The notes beneath the pieces are model-generated. The model searched no databases, was not told where the DNA came from, and saw nothing but the letters and a program-made list of their open reading frames with translations. Source: Camelus ferus (Eukaryota). From it: 64,000 nt of DNA. The translations under genes were made by a program, and so were the position numbers. The stretch covers positions 121,336,001 through 121,400,000 of the forward strand of contig NC_045696.1 in NCBI RefSeq assembly GCF_009834535.1. The letters are read 5' to 3'. This document shows, piece by piece, positions 62,591-64,000 of this stretch. Each line of letters starts with the position of its first letter. Positions within the stretch are counted from its first letter, which is position 1.

Positions 62591-64000
62591 TCAGTCTTCA
62601 TGCTCTAAGGGAACACTAGAGGGTCGGGGGGTCTTCTGGTTAAGAGTAATGCAAATAATAAATACAAACTACACCAGATGAGGACAGCTGGGTGTACTGG
62701 AAGAGAGATGGTCTAAGGGTCATTTCACAACTGAGAAAGGTTTGAGCCAGAGTCACAGAAAGTCAGAGTGGGTGGGAAGGAAACCTAGAGAAGCCTTATT
62801 TTTTATTTTACAGATGAGGGCTCAGGGTACAAAGACGTATGTGCCTATGACCATGTAGGACTCACCCCAGTTCTTCTGACTCTGTTCAGTGACTTCTACC
62901 CCCTCAAGCTGCCTCCCTACTGTAGAGCTTCCAGAAGGCCACTTTTCATTCATTCTCTTACACCATAAAGATCAGAACAAAGGGAAAACAGCAAGATGGA
63001 CCTGGTAGGAAAGAAACAATTTCTCAGGGAAAATTTCCATCTGGCTTCTAAGGTTTGGATCCTTGGTTCCCTCCAGTTCCCCTGTGGGATGCACTCCCTT
63101 GTACCAGGGCACACAGACAAAGGAAGATGAAACCCATTTATGTCACTTGTTCTTTAAAGCTCACATTCTTCCCCAAACCTCATCCTGAACATTGTTTATA
63201 TTCCACATGGCCATCCACTGAGGTCCTAACAGCCATCCCTACCCTGTAAATGTAAACACGCAGGTGTCTTTTCCTTAGTCACCAAAATCGAACGAGCAGC
63301 CTGAGTTTTTCTTTCTTACTATTAATTCTTGATCTTCACTCTTCTTTGAAGATTGTTCCATGTAATTCGAAGTCATATACATCTCACTTTCAAAGAAAAG
63401 AATTCTAATATCTTGAGGCATTCTTTTATGGGATTCAAAAAAGATGCATCTAAAACTTTAGTGTCAAAGATATCTACTGGGGAGAAAAAATGAAAATGTC
63501 TTAGGATGACCACTTCAGAAAAAAATGTCCTCAAGCCTGGTCAGCCCAGTTCCCAATTGCTTCTGTGCCCAACCACAGACACCGTAGTGCTTTGAAAATG
63601 CGTTCCGGGAATTAATCAGACCTTGCCTTGTAAAAATGATCTATTTATTCCAGAGCTTCTTAGCTTTGCCAGTAATGGAACCTGCTTTACTACACACACG
63701 ACTTTACATGTACTGAAGGGTGAAGCAAGACCCAGGAAACCAAGTAGACACAGCAATCCGGGACTCCTGTGACTATCACAGGTGCTCTCCACAGTAGCAG
63801 CCTCTGGCTCATTTTATTTGTATTTGTACAAAACAACAGCCATGGGCAAACAGGACACAACTGGCAGCACAGCAAGACATAAAGCATTTTATGATTTAAA
63901 CACAGTAGCCATAATGCAAAAAAAAAAAAAAAAAGCAAAATAAAGAAGAGTGAATCAAATCCACTAGTAAATTCCCATATTTTTACTACAATAACTGTCC

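Noticed and set aside
1..64000. A named host gene or a novel multi-gene system
   Set aside because: The candidate exons lie on both strands, do not chain into a consistent frame and match no protein I recognise, so naming a gene or system would be unsupported.

Overview
Mammalian genomic DNA dominated by transposon remnants. It is very probably from a camelid (camel/alpaca/llama), judged from three tRNA-derived Vic-1-like SINEs and many recent L1 3' ends. I could not identify any intact protein-coding gene, structural RNA gene, CRISPR array or prokaryote-type system. Nearly all listed ORFs are transposon remnants or chance frames. The window holds a 5'-inverted L1 (1-1821), a complete-length but dead Tigger2-family DNA transposon with both TIRs and TA target duplications (2507-5935), about eleven 5'-truncated young L1 3' ends (several with TSDs), old L1M, L2 and MIR fragments, and MER74/MLT1 solo LTRs. 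The unique stretches look intronic or intergenic. One candidate regulatory hub lies at about 34.0-36.5 kb (KLF/SP boxes, a CpG cluster, convergent CTCF-like motifs, paired splice donors), and there are several exon-shaped segments I cannot assign to a gene. The most unusual structures are small retrotransposition scars: a fold-back micro-L1 at 24401-24450 and a poly(A)-only insertion at 5301-5342. I found no support for a new biological system. Repeat subfamily names come from my recall of consensus sequences and need a Dfam/RepeatMasker check.
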